A DNA stretch of 61,368 nt, filler included, from Sluysia triapertura (taxonomy: Eukaryota): the NCBI GenBank assembly GCA_046118255.1. It is 5 parts of 5 records of this genome, joined end to end, with 100 filler letters (N's around TTAATTAATTAA, not from the genome) between each part and the next. Parts side by side here need not be neighbours in the genome. Positions count along the whole stretch, not along the records: positions 37,831 to 50,015 come from JBJNIA010131071.1; positions 50,116 to 61,368 come from JBJNIA010186758.1; 3 more parts are not named here. The stretch is one strand, 5' to 3'. Below the pieces are notes generated by a model, which was given only the letters and a program-made list of their open reading frames with translations, was not told the origin of the DNA and searched no databases. Positions 39,344 to 52,249 of this stretch are shown piece by piece. A program made the translations under genes and the position numbers. Each line of letters begins with the position of its first letter. Position 1 is the stretch's first letter.

Positions 39344-40873
39344 ATGGATGTGGCAAATTCAACTCTAAACGTGACACTAAATGTGAGCTCAACAGCTAAT
39401 ACTACTAAAACAGTTGAGGATCCGCAAGGATTATTTATAGCATATTTTAGTTTATTTATGATGGCAATTTTACCTATTTACATTGGAGCTGAAAAATCTT
39501 TGGAACGACTTTTGCATCAAAGGGTTTGACATTTATATTTTTTAAATATCATTTTAGAAAACTGGTATTAATACTGCAGAAATATTGTCTGCCAGTGATG
39601 CTGCTAAATTTCCGCTATATGCTAGTGTTGCTTTATTCGTATTATATATAATTTTTTGGGTTTGTTTGGCATTAAAATCATTTTATTTAAATTGTAGGTG
39701 TTTTCAAAAGAATACATTAATATGCTGCTGAATTCTTATTTTCTCATTCTAGGCGCATTTGCATTATCAAATGTAATAAAGTAGGATGTTTTTAATGTTT
39801 ATATATAATTAGTTCTTTATTTATAAAACATATGCCGGATTTATTTCAAAACTGTGATTTTAAATTTATTTTGTTACGTCAAGATGATCACAATTCTCAG
39901 TTGACTAATGAAAAAGTTGATATGGATAATGAAAAAAATAAAAGTAAATATTTAAAATTAAATATTAATTTTAATTTACTATTTGTTAGATATAGAATTT
40001 GAGTATTCATTTACTCGTAAAGATCTTATTGGCTTTGGAATTTCAGTTTTAATTAGTCTTTGGTATATACTTAAAAAGGTAATCATATCTTTTCGATATT
40101 TAACTTAATTTCAGCATTGGATTGCTAATAATTTAATTGGGTTAGCATTTTCTGTAAATGCTTTAGAATACATGCATTTGAATAAAGTTGTAATTGGTTG
40201 CATTTTATTGGGTGGATTATTCATTTATGATATTTTTTGGGTATTTGGTACCAATGTAATGGTAACAGTTGCTAAATCATTCGATGCTCCAATCAAATGT
40301 AAGTATTTTTCGTTTTAGTAGAATATTCTATTTTTGTGTAGTTTATAATTTTAGTTTTCCAACTTATTTTAATCACAAATATTTCATTTCATCTCTATTA
40401 AATTCTTTCAAAAATAACCCTCATTTTATGTCCAATTTAAGTTAATACTGTACATTACTTTTTATCTCAAACACGATTTTATATATGGAAAATAAGGCCG
40501 AAAGTCTAAAAAAACATCTTAAAATAAAGCGAGGTTAAAGTATCAAAATATAACAAATTTTTATTTAGTCCGATAATAACACCAGCATTATATATGTGTG
40601 TCAGTTATCTTCAGTGATTCTAAATAATCTTCGCCGGCAATTTAATCAAGCTTAATGCGTAGCTAAATTAATCCAATAGGTTGAAGCGGATGGTTAAGTA
40701 ATTTCAGTGTAATAATTGTTGATAAACAATGCTTTTTTATCTTTCAGTGATTTTCCCACGCGATCTAGTTGTTACTGGCTTTGCGTCCAGTAATTTTGCA
40801 ATGCTAGGTTTAGGAGATATCGTAATACCTGGTATTTTCGTGGCTCTTCTTTTGAGATTTGACTATAGGTTTG

Positions 40874-40930
<57 letters not shown>

Positions 40931-43456
40931 CTATAGATCAAGGTTGGCCAAACTGTGGCTCGCGAGCCACATGCGGCTCTTTGAAGGATTATTTGTGGCG
41001 CTCGATAAATGTACCCGAGATCCATTTTCATTTTTCTGTTATTATATTTTAAAAAATTATTGTCGTTCGGTATGTGTTTCAAAATGTATTTAAAATTACT
41101 GACAACAAATGTAAAGACTAAATGCAACGTTGTAGCAAATTTCATTGCTGTCCAAGTTAAGAATGATATGACTCATCGAAAACTGCACGAACGAACTTAA
41201 ACATTGGCCCGACATAAAAGTCAGTAATCGATCGACTTCAGACCGATTTTGAATTGCAACGGACATTTGATATTGTGCTCTGGACTCCGTATTTAATTGC
41301 GGCTCGTGAAAAATTTCAAATTTTGAAAAATGAATCGCATTATCAAGGAGTTTGGCCACCCCTGCTATAGATCACTTTTAAAGCGGTTTGATGTAATGTA
41401 GAATTTTTGTGACTTGGCTTTGATAATATACTAGCAGAATTATTTTTTTACATCCCGCTACAATTCTGATTCTGTTATACAGGTTTTTGTCGCGATACGT
41501 CTCATTTGTGCTATTTATTAACCTTAATTGACATTATCACATATTAATTCCTCATATTTTGGGTATTTCAACTTATTTCTAATATGGTGCTAAGAATATT
41601 CGAAATAAACTGCGTGACATGTTCAAATAATAAATATTCACTTTTGATTCTGATATTTATATCCAATTTTGTAATACAGTAAAATAATTAACTCAAACAT
41701 AAATGATATTAGTACGATAGTACTGTTGCACTTCAATAAATGTAGTGACCGGGCCCTCTTACCTTACAGTTGTTCGGTTCGATGTTCTGACCACTAAGCT
41801 GATAGTAAATTGTACTCTCATTAATCTAAATGGCATATCTCAGCCAATTCAATAGTGCTTGACCTCAACATGAGGGTATTTGATATGTGGCTCATCATAA
41901 ATGACCGGGATTCGAACCCAGGCCCTCATATCTCACATCTGAGTATTTCGATGCTCTGACCACTAAGCTATCAGCGCCATCTATCAAATTTATATTATTA
42001 TGTCAATTATACTATCGTTAATCTAAAAGGCACTTTAGGCCATACCCTAACAGTACTATTATTACTAGTAGTATTACTCTAATAATGCATATTACGCGTT
42101 GATTTACGCAGACTATATTGGTGATTTATTTAGCAAGTGATGCTATGTTTAAGACTATTTTGTTATTATTCTATTTATCAGACAGATTTATCTTCAGGTA
42201 TGATGTCATACTTTTGCTTTAAGTTATTGATCTAAGTATTGTTTACTTACGTTTATTAAAAATATAATGATAATAATAATTTTGTGTGGTGCCCAAGTAC
42301 CGTTTTTGTATGAAATATGAATGCAAATTTTGTGGTAATACATTATCTAATTTTTGAGTTTTTATTTAACTAATGTCTTAGATGAATTTGATGTTAATAA
42401 TTCTTCGTTATATTTGAAATCTTACTTTAAATTATATTTGTTTTATATACTCAAAACTACTGGTTTAAACAAAATATTTGAAATTTAAAATATTAACGGA
42501 TTTACAAATAATTTTTGGGTTTATAAAAAGATTTTTTGTTAAATTTTAAGTGGCGTGCCTCAAGCATTAATTTATTTTATTTTATTTATTTATTAATTTA
42601 TTTAAAATTTATACATCTTTGTTTATTAAGTTTTGGAAATATTAGATCTTGTTTTAATTGATTTAATTTAATATATTAATCAGTCAAGTCATTGTTAGGA
42701 TGCGCCTTATTTTACACAAAGTTTATTTTTTAGGATGCTCCTTATAGGCCGAAAATGCGGTAAATATTAAAATTTAAAAAATATTATTAGCCTAAAACGC
42801 CCATCAAAAGGTGGTCGTTTGGGAAAATGTGGCAGAATGAAAAAACGTAAGTGAGAAATGGTAGATATTTGGTGAAACTTTCTACGATGAATCGTAAAGC
42901 TATGACTTTGCAGAAGCAGTTAGAGACTTGCGGAATTCACGTTAGTGTCAGAACAGTCAACCCAGAAGAAAGCCTAAGTAGACAACACCAGTATTAATCA
43001 GTGAAAGGTTGGCATAGGTGGAGCAACACCAACATTTAACTGAGCAAGACTGGAGTCAAGTGTGTTTTAGTGTCGAGTCGTCTTTTCAAGTATTGGATGA
43101 CAAGACCACCTTTGTAAGAAGGAGATAATTATTATTTGAGAACGAGACGACCCTAAGAAGAAAGCCTAAGTTTACACCAAGCATTTAACTGAGGATGACT
43201 GGAGTCAAGTGTGTTTTAATGACGAGTCCTTTCAAGTATTGGATGACAAGACGGAGATGAGAAGGAGACCTAATGAGGAGTTTCAAATATTATTTTTTAT
43301 TCATTCATTTATCTATAATCATTTATTATTTATTATTTATATTTGGAATTCAGTCAACAGAAAGGTAAAAGAACGTATTTTATTGCTGGATATCTGGCTT
43401 ATATTATCGGTTTGGCGACAACTATTATTGTAATGCATATTTTTAAGCATGCACAG
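39344..43456 (+). CDS. HM13: Signal peptide peptidase (HM13/SPP, presenilin-type aspartyl protease), exons 1-8; final PALL exon(s) not found on this contig
   Basis: Exons 39344-39523, 39558-39659, 39698-39780, 39813-39943, 39990-40078, 40115-40298, 40748-40868 and 43354-43456, all GT-AG and in frame. Motifs HWIANN, LFIYDIFWVFGTNVMVTVAKSFDAPIKL, MLGLGDIVIPGIFVALLLRFD and MHIFKHAQ. Confidence 0.96.
40939..41364 (+). mobile_element. Non-autonomous hAT element (Charlie/SPIN-like) in SPP intron 7
   Basis: TIRs CAAGGTTGGCCAAACT / AGTTTGGCCACCCCTG, a perfect 8-bp TSD CTATAGAT (40931-40938 and 41365-41372), and subterminal GGCTCGCGAGCC palindrome. Confidence 0.93.
41745..42035 (-). mobile_element. 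Tandem tRNA-derived SINE units
   Basis: A box TAGCTTAGTGGTCAGAGC and B box GGTTCGAATCC (41908-41918). Second head GCTTAGTGGTCAGAACATCGA at about 41780-41800. Block GCC(A/T)TTTAGATTAA repeated at about 42030 and 41834. Confidence 0.75.
42790..43285 (+). mobile_element. Tc1-like transposase remnant with internal duplication
   Basis: PRRKP..HLTEQDWSQVCFSVESSFQV and HLTEDDWSQVCFNDESFQVLDD..RRRPNE match the Tc1 WxxVxFSDESxF motif twice. Confidence 0.8.
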
Positions 43457-43533
43457 GTTGGTATTTTAATTGATCATTAAGTTTTAACCTTATTTATATT
43501 ATTTTTTAATTACTTATAGCAATTACATAAAAT

Positions 43534-45018
43534 TGTACAGTAACTCTTATTATATATGTTCAAAATGGTTTACAGACTATTGTGTATCAAAAATTAAGTG
43601 TGATAAATCACATTAAATAAATAATGATAGGTAATAAATTCTTTTAAGTCATTTATTTAATAATTTTATAACTACAAGTAGATATTGATTATCCCAGTAT
43701 ATTTTCTCCTAATACCAGTTTTCTAGTTTCACTGATTGGTGGATATTATTTGAGTTCAGTCTGTTGATTTGCCGACACTTTCTTATATAATACATTTGTA
43801 ATTGTTTTGTGAAATATTGATTACTTTTAGTTTTTCTATAATCTTTGCAAGTTCAAACATTAAGTAGGATTACGAAAAATATCTTAAAAAGATCTAAATA
43901 ACCCATAACAAGTCTATAGGCAGAACCGAACCTAAAATCCACAGTGAATTTTTACGCAATTAAGGGCTCGTCCACAGAATTTTGTTAACAAATTTTTACT
44001 TATTTACTTAACAATTATAAATTTTAAACGGGTCTGTTTGTAGTCTACGGTTTATAACGTAAAGTGGACGTATTTACAGAACTGACTGCGAATAAGTGTT
44101 CCCTAGTCTTGTCAAATAAATATTATGAATCTTTTGTTTTATAAATTTATGTTCTTAATCGTTTCTTGAAATCTTTTTATTAGGTTAACTCTAAACATAT
44201 TTTTAAACTAATAAGTCAATTAAAATAATGCAAAAATTTATTAATTACAAAAAAATCGTTGATTAATAAATATAATAACAAGGATATCCAAATTATAATA
44301 CTTGGATTGTTAAAAGTTGATACAGATTTTAAGTAGAAATTTAACGCTAAAAATATCAGAGCATTGAAACTTAACAATTATTATCTTGCTTTAACGATAT
44401 TATAAATTATGATGATTTTTTGTCTGGAACGTTCCCGATTCTAATGTATTTTCCCAAATCGCGAAGTGATGTCAGTTCGAACAGAAAACTGCTGCCAAGA
44501 TTAATAATGAAAATCTTTTCTTGTCGATCAAATAAATTTTAAATCTTCGGGACCACTAATTGTGTATCCTTCGTGAAATATCCTTTAATTAACTTAGCGC
44601 GCAAAATTTTTGAAACAAAATATTTGAGTCTTGTGTTTTTTGTCATCTTTATATATTTTTCTATTTCAACATTATATTCCAGCAATTACAAATATCATAA
44701 ATTATTAAGGAATCCAGTGAATGCAGATATAAATTATTAAATAAAAATTTTTGATGTGAAATTAATTTGTTTTTTATACTAGTAATAAAATATATAATAA
44801 AATTCAGAGAATTATTGTATATCATTTGTACTGATAAAAATAGAAATATTTAATTAAATATTTATACATTTATACTGATTAAAATTATATTCAACTTGTT
44901 ACATTATTTTTAAAAATAAAAAAATATATCTATTTTTATTAAATACATTATATACATTTAAAAATACATTATACTTAAAAATTTAATACATTATTAAAAA
45001 TTCAATACATTATTTACA
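43534..45018 (-). mobile_element. Putative 3' LTR (about 1.5 kb) of a large LTR retroelement in SPP intron 8
   Basis: On the minus strand a purine tract GATAGGGAAG precedes TGTAAAT (45018). The candidate end ...ACTGTACA (43534) gives TGTA...TACA termini. Contains a degenerate HSE (44422-44440) and the family motif GACCCGTTTAAAAT (44021-44034). Confidence 0.55.
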
Positions 45019-45099
45019 ATACTTCCCTATCAGGGAAGATTCGTCCTGAATCACAGAATAAAATTAATAATCAGTAAAAGAATCAATATTAGTCAACGT

Positions 45100-46395
45100 T
45101 GCTATCAACAAAGCCAGTTCGATAAAGATGGCTGGATGATGAATGATAGCAGTTTTTCTGGTCTAATTGCGAATTCCGTTTGGCGGAAGAGATACTAACG
45201 GGAATATGATTCGGATTTGGAGGTGAACTGCCCAACCATTTGTCTACTTGATCAAAAATATTTTAATATGATGGCTATGTTGCTGAAATTGAATGCTCTT
45301 GATGCGATTGGTTTGTTTTGGTAGAATATATTATACCACTTGATGATGAGTTATTAACCAATGATGTGCCAGGTGTCACAAGAACATCAGAGAATAGTGA
45401 AGGAGGAGGAAGCGAACAGTTAGGAATGAAAGACGTGTCCTTTACTCTAATAAAATCGAGAAGGGAAATCAATTCAAAAGCCATACATGAACATGTCATT
45501 TTAAGGATATAGATGACGTGTGAAAAGTAGAGAAGGCGAAATGTTTGACGACCTCGCGATATTGGGTCCGTAGTGGAATAAGACAAAAGATTATGATTTG
45601 TCAAATTAATAACGCCTTTAAGCCAACCAAAGGATAGTCGATGAGGCAAGGATTCAAAGATACCAAGATTTTATCATTAAGGTGCCCCAAGAAGAATGGC
45701 CTCACGTCATCTATATCCTTATCCTCAAGGTTGTCAGTGTCCTTAATATCCTGGATATCGCGGACAAAGTTCTTGATACGCAAGCGTGGCTTAATATTAG
45801 TATCAGAATGTTATTTCTTGCAATAAGGGACGCAACTGAACTGCGTAATATGTAGTCGGTTTAGGAAATCGAAAGCGCAGGAGTAAGCAATAAAAACTAA
45901 ACGTTAAGGGTGGAACATGCGTGAAAGGAACACCGCTGTTCCAACGTTCCATATTAACTGCTCCAGAAACGACTGGTAATCTGTGATAAGTAGTGGGAAT
46001 AATAAGGCAAAAGAAGTGGGGAATTCTGCACCTTCGATGACAGTATCACTATTCCTATGAAGATTGGATACGTAGAGTGAAGAGAAACTATGTACCCTCG
46101 TCAAATAAGGAGTTCCCTTGTCAAGGAGGGTAAGTTTAATGACACCACGAGCCACAACTACATAGAAAAACTTGATATAATCTAGAATATTCGTTGGACC
46201 ATTTAATGAAATGTGAGATTTTTCAGGTGTGAAGGCGAAAATACGTGTGGCGAGGTTAAGATCCAACTCAGATTTCAAGTTGTTAGGGGGTAGATACAAA
46301 ATTAGGAAAGAAGGCAGGTGTGATGTTCTCGTGTCAAAACTTGTCGACGTACACGTAGAAATTCTTTTGTTGGTTGAGGATCTTCGCTTCCATTA
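45100..46395 (-). pseudogene. Decayed accessory ORF (about 430 codons, unknown family) just upstream of the PPT
   Basis: Higher GC than flanks. ORFs 45904-46299, 45601-45783 and 45275-45649 chain through stops and frameshifts. Ser/Pro-rich tail. Confidence 0.55.
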
Positions 46396-46544
46396 TACTA
46401 AAGTAGTAGGTGAATCATAAAACAAAATTGTACAAAGCAAAACAAAAACCGAATAAAACAAAAAAATAAGTATATAATTTTCTAATTACAAAACTTGTTT
46501 ATACATTTGTATTATACGATTTTAAGAAAAATTTATCGTATTTT

Positions 46545-46946
46545 CTTTAAGAATGGGTTAGTCGGCTTAGTAGTACCATTTTTGCTAACGTTTTGTATTT
46601 TGTAAAAATGTTTGAGTTGGCCTCTACGTCTATTTCTTTTTTGAGATCTTGTCAAGTTCGGAATTATGATTGGAGGCGGCCTAACCAAACCATTCTTAAT
46701 AAGATTCTTTTTATCTGTAATAGGTTGATAAATATCAATACCTGGCTACTCAGGTATTATGCATTTGATTGTAAAAGTGTAAGATCTTCGAAATGTTTAT
46801 AATAAATATTGCACTCAACAATAGTAGTCCTACATAGAAGGTAAAGGTGACAAAGAGGTTGTAGACACAAGAAAAATGGAAGCGATGGAATCAAGGTGTC
46901 GTCCTGGAAAAATATTTTCTAATTGACCTGAGGCAAATAGCACATG
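46545..46946 (-). pseudogene. Decayed small membrane-protein ORF
   Basis: Hydrophobic LFVTFTFYVGLLLLSAIFIINI, followed after a frameshift by RPPPIIIPNLTRSQKRNRRRG. Confidence 0.4.
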
Positions 46947-47426
46947 TTGAGTTTTTTTTACTAAAACAATAAAATATAAGATAATAAGTAATTAAGTGAT
47001 GCTAGTAATTTAAATCAAAAACTTAAAAAAATAAAAATAAGTAGATAATTTATGTTAGTTTATGACTCGAAATGGATGGTAAACCATCATAAACAGTCAG
47101 TTACACAATCCTTATTATCACGCATGGCCAAATCTGAATGTTAGAGCCATCACATATGGTCAGATGTGAAATATGTTAACAATTTATATTTTAATGAAAA
47201 AATGAGCCTTATGCCTAATAAACAGATAGAATTTTGGGATGATGAAATTTATCGTTATTGTCATTAATAAAGCTATTATTAAAATACAGTTACCAATTGT
47301 AATGAAATTACTGTTGGATTTTATTAACGATGGATACCTATTATTGATAATCAGGTGATGCACAATACAACGAAATATATATGTAACGTCATAACGTCAC
47401 ATGTGTTCACTGAATTGGTATGATTC

Positions 47427-49360
47427 TTAAGTAATTGTCGACTTTACTTGTGTTATTTGCCATTCTCCATAAATAAACGGCGCTTTATTATTTGTAGCGT
47501 ATTCGTAAATTGGATGTGGGAATATTGGCATACCCGGTGGAATCGCATAATCACATTCGATGTGGAATTGTATATGGGCAATCGTCATTATTATTATTCT
47601 GTGGCAGACAAGGATATCGACATCTATTTTGCACAAACATAATAATCGTTAACACTACTATAGCAAGAGCGATTACGAACAATATTGCTGATACTATTAA
47701 TATTACCAACGCCGAATCGCTCCGCAATATCTCCAGTATTGTTAAATATTGTCTTTCTTTTAATTCAAAATGCAAATATTTCGATGAATGACGAATTTTC
47801 ACAACATACCGTGACAGGATATTTCAAGTCATCACAAATATAATTTTCATATATAATCCAGGAACTAAAATTAAATCTAGCAAGTTTCAGACATGAATAT
47901 TATTTGGCATGAATATTATTGTCTAATATTTTAACATTTACTTCGTTATCCATATTATGAAATTCAAAGCATTCTGTCCTAAAAGAATGTTCACGGCGTT
48001 GAACTACTGTAATTATTGTAATTAAAATTAATGGTATAAAATTTTTATTACTCGTAAGGATTTTTATTTTTCTGTCTATTTGAAACAAATAAATTTAATG
48101 TTCCTAATTTTTACTGTTTCCATTTTGTTATATGATGTAAAACTGATTGTGCAATTGGTTACTTTTGTATTATGAAAAGTTTTCATCGTTTTAAAAGTCC
48201 GTAAGCCTAATGTTATAATTAAATTAGTTTTATTAATTATTGTTAAATTAAAATTTAAGGTCAAAATTCTTCAGTTCTAAATTTGGGGTTGTCAATTGTT
48301 TCATATATATAATTGTGGTTAAATGACACTTGAAAAATTGTTTAACGTCATTAAAATGAATTACTTTATAAAAATTGATAATAATTATCTTGAAAATGAC
48401 TCCTTTATGATTTAAAATTTTATATGAAATACGTTTAATTTGATTACAAATATTCATTTCTATTAAAAAGAAGTCGGAGACAACAAATACGAATTTATTT
48501 TTCTTTATGTTATATAATAATATGACACAAAGATTAAAATTTGTTAAAACATTTAGGACATTGAATGGAACGTTTGCATTTCGGAAGTAGGTAACTTTCT
48601 TCGGCTGTGGAATTCTAAAATAAAAAGGATATTTTATTTGTCGAATATAAAAGATAAAATTTACTTTAAGTTCGAAATCGCCAATAAAGCTATAAAATTG
48701 AATATCTTCTATTAAGGTAGCATAGTTCTTATTACATGTCAAATTGTCTAAATCTTTAGCATCTTGAATAGCCATTATTAGATTGTTTACACGTTCTATA
48801 TGATCAAAATTATCATTGGCTTTAATATCAATATAGCGAATTTCATTGATGGTATGGAACAAATTACACGATGCTCTGTATTTACTGCAATGACCTAATT
48901 TGTTCGATTGAAATGGACATTAAGCAGTTCGAGATAATTTATTTTTGCATTGGCTTGAAGAAACATCAATTAAAGGTGTGATTATTGAAGGAGCATGATT
49001 GTTTACGAATAATCTGCTGTAATTTTACTATGAAGTACATAGACATTGTATGAATCAGGATCCGATAGAATTATGCTAACTGTCTTACATGTATCATTTG
49101 TGAAATCATATTTATACACATGACCTTCGTTAAGGTAACTAGGAACACTTGGTGGATAAGGTATAACATAAAATTTAACCACTAAGTCGGAAGCCAATTC
49201 TAAATTATTAATTTCTTTTAAAATTATATGTAACTCAACCACAGGATTACGATACATCTTGAGCATTTTTATATTACTATTCATTTCTTTTGTAAAATGG
49301 GTTAAAGATTGTACAAATCAAAGAACATTTGAAGAAGAAAACGCGTTATTCTTCATTAAA
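47427..49360 (-). pseudogene. Decayed type I membrane glycoprotein ORF (env-like, about 600 codons)
   Basis: ORFs 49003-49284, 48248-48862, 48076-48264, 47900-48088, 47551-47802 and 47427-47636 chain together. Cys-containing ectodomain with NxT sites, TM SALVILIVSAILFVIALAIVVLTIIMFV, and a tail with YTIP, YAIP and IYEY. Confidence 0.6.
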
Positions 49361-50015
49361 TTTTTGACGTATGTTTGATGTTCTTCAATTTGCATAATAT
49401 ACTGATTGAAATTGATTATTTTATTTAGAGATATTAATCCACTATTTACAACTATTTTTAGTGATTCTGATGAACAAATAAAACTTTCTGACTCTTGAAT
49501 TCCTATCAGAATGCAATGTGATGATAAGCCCGATTCTATTTTGTTATTTTGTTGTTAGGATTCATTTAGTTGCTCCGTTTCCTTTACTTTAATTTCATCG
49601 TCATTAAAATTATTATTTGTATGACAAAATGATTTATTCAAAGCAGCATTTCCGTAAAGTTTTGCTTAACTTCAATCGTTAATTTTGATCGAATGATTTC
49701 GTTCATTATAATCTATGGTAGGTAATTAAGCCAAAGTAGTCGATTCTCATAAATGATAATTAATTGAATAGGATTTGTTGGTAATTATAATTTTTTAATT
49801 TTTACTGAACCACATTATGATATCTATGTTGATTGGACGAGCAATCACTGTAAGTAAAATTACAATGCAGAGATAGACTTGATTGGACGCCCAATTAACT
49901 GCTGCATTAACGTCGACGAAGTTGTAAGCATGTATGCTTGTCACCATGCTGCTAAAAAGAATTGACGTAGAGAAATGTTGACAAGCAAAATGATACCATA
50001 CGCTTGGAAACGGTC

Positions 50016-50115
50016 NNNNNNNNNNNNNNNNNNNNNNNNNNNNNNNNNNNNNNNNNNNNTTAATTAATTAANNNNNNNNNNNNNNNNNNNNNNNNNNNNN
50101 NNNNNNNNNNNNNNN
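50016..50115. other. Artificial contig linker
   Basis: N44-TTAATTAATTAA-N44. Confidence 0.97.
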
Positions 50116-50129
50116 TCCTAAAATAAATT

Positions 50130-50380
50130 AGACTAACGTGACTGTGTAAAAATTTTTATAGGATAAATTATAAATTTGACAAATTTCTTCTTCCAAATTG
50201 TGTACCAAAGATTTATAAAAAAAATTTATATTATCAAAGTATGATTAATTGTGAGAGCTTTATTAAAAAATCACTTTATTATATATTGTTTTAGCCTGAC
50301 CTTGAGAGGTCAAGTTAAAACAAATTGAAAAGTTTAAAAAATAATTTAAAAATTAAATAATTTCTCTACAGTCACGTTAT
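50130..50380 (+). other. Conserved structured non-coding element, copy C (3' domain only; cut by contig start)
   Basis: Perfect 12-bp stem TAACGTGACTGT (50134-50145)/ACAGTCACGTTA (50368-50379) enclosing TCCAAAT..CCAA and hairpin 50286-50323 (GACCT-TGAG-AGGTC core). Confidence 0.6.
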
Positions 50381-51039
50381 AAAATTCAACATAATATTTA
50401 AAATTAAACTATTTAAATTAAAATTATAAATAATATTTAAATTATAAAATTTAGTATCATACTTTTTATAAGAATCCTATTTTTTCTTTTTTTACAAAAA
50501 ACCAATAAAAGTTTTAAATAAAAGTTTTAATCAAAATCCAATCAAATATCAATAAATACATAAATTATACACAAATGTATTAAAGTTCAAACTGATTATT
50601 TTTATACAAATATATTTAAAAGTACACAAATGTGTTAAAGTTCAAATTGATGTATGTTCTTTCTCCACAAATCTCGTAATAATAATAATAATAATCAATA
50701 AAATCACAAATCAGTCACATTATTTTCTAATTATTTACTTAATATTAATCCCAATTTTACGCCACGCGTTTCACAAACTCTATGTTGCAAACTCTCAACA
50801 CCATAACACACATTTCTAGAGCATGTCACTTGTTTTGGTTTTTATTTTTTCTTTTTTCATTTCTATTCGATTAAAAATTATGAAAAATAGAAATTGCTTA
50901 TTCTACTATTAATTTCTCATGAACTCGAACATATATATTAATAATAATAATAATAAATAATATTTCGATATATGTGGAAATAACTTATTCAAATATTTTC
51001 ATATTGACAAGAACTCTACTGTAACACAAAAGGATTACC

Positions 51040-51670
51040 CAAGAATATCGAGTCATCATCAACACGTAATATTAAGTTTATTAATTTTCTATAATTATAA
51101 TTACATTTTATTATAAAATATTGTTAATGTTCACATTTTTCCATAGTCTTCTCGATCACTAAGTGAAATTCTATTGGTAAGTTTCTATAGTTGGGTTAAT
51201 GAAGTGATTATTAAATAACACAAATACTATTGATAACAATTAATAAAATTGAAATTAAATAAAAATATAATAATCAATTAAATGAGTTTAAAACGTCCAC
51301 TTAAATATTTTGTTTGTGAAAAACAAGTGAATAATTTTAAAATTTAAATATGTTTAATAAATTAAATTAGCATAAAATATAATCAGGAACTTAAAATAAA
51401 ACAAAAAGGAAGCTGAATCTAAAACTTTAAACAATATAAAAATAATCATATTATGAGAATCTTATTTTGGACGATATATTAAAACATTAGTTTGAAAATT
51501 ACATTAAGATCACAAATTAGGAGCCTTTTTAAGTGTTATTCTAAATATTTAAAAATAAATTCATTACTTTTCATTTTATATAAGTACTTCTGACTTTGCA
51601 TTCCAACAAGACAGTTGACACAATTTATTTATCGTATTCTCAGTAGCAAATTAAAAATTTATTAATATTC
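51040..51670 (+). repeat. Dispersed repeat; diverged copies at 55225-56100 and (partial) 51915-52060
   Basis: AATATCGAGTCATCAT..., ATAGTCTTCTCGATCACTAAGTGA, AAAACAAAAAGGAAGCT and GTATTCTCAGTA.AAATTAAAAATTTA occur in the same order in both long copies. Confidence 0.85.
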
Positions 51671-52094
51671 AAAAACTTTTCTCTGATTAATTAAAAACAG
51701 TTAATAATGAAAATAGTATACCATTATTAAAAAAATTTAACATAAAAAATATATTTATATACATTAAATAAAAAATTAAATTTGTGTCACTTAAAATAAT
51801 AAATAATTTTTCGATATCTATTATGATTATTTTATATTGAATTTTATTTTGTGAAAATTTTGTGAAAGATTTTTATTTTTAAATTTTATATTTAATTAAA
51901 ATTTATTCATATTAATTTAGGGCATGAACGAACATGTAATATTAAGTTTCTTAATTTTATACTATTAGAATTATATTTTATGAATAAACATTATCAATGC
52001 TTACATTTTACGTAGAAGCCCAGATCAATAAGTGAAGTTGCATTTGTTAGTTTCCTTGTATATTATAGGATTTTGGGTACAGAAATTATTGTGA

Positions 52095-52127
<33 letters not shown>

Positions 52128-52249
52128 TAATAATAATAATAATAATATTAATATTAATATTAATAACAGTGATGCATGAGTGTAAAATTTGCAAATACGA
52201 TTTTATAATGTTAATAATAATTTTAATACAATGTGCAATGTGTGTATTG

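Noticed and set aside
41900-41978. Functional tRNA gene
   Set aside because: A and B boxes are present but there is no proper acceptor stem or anticodon arm, and the units are tandem. Treated as SINE.
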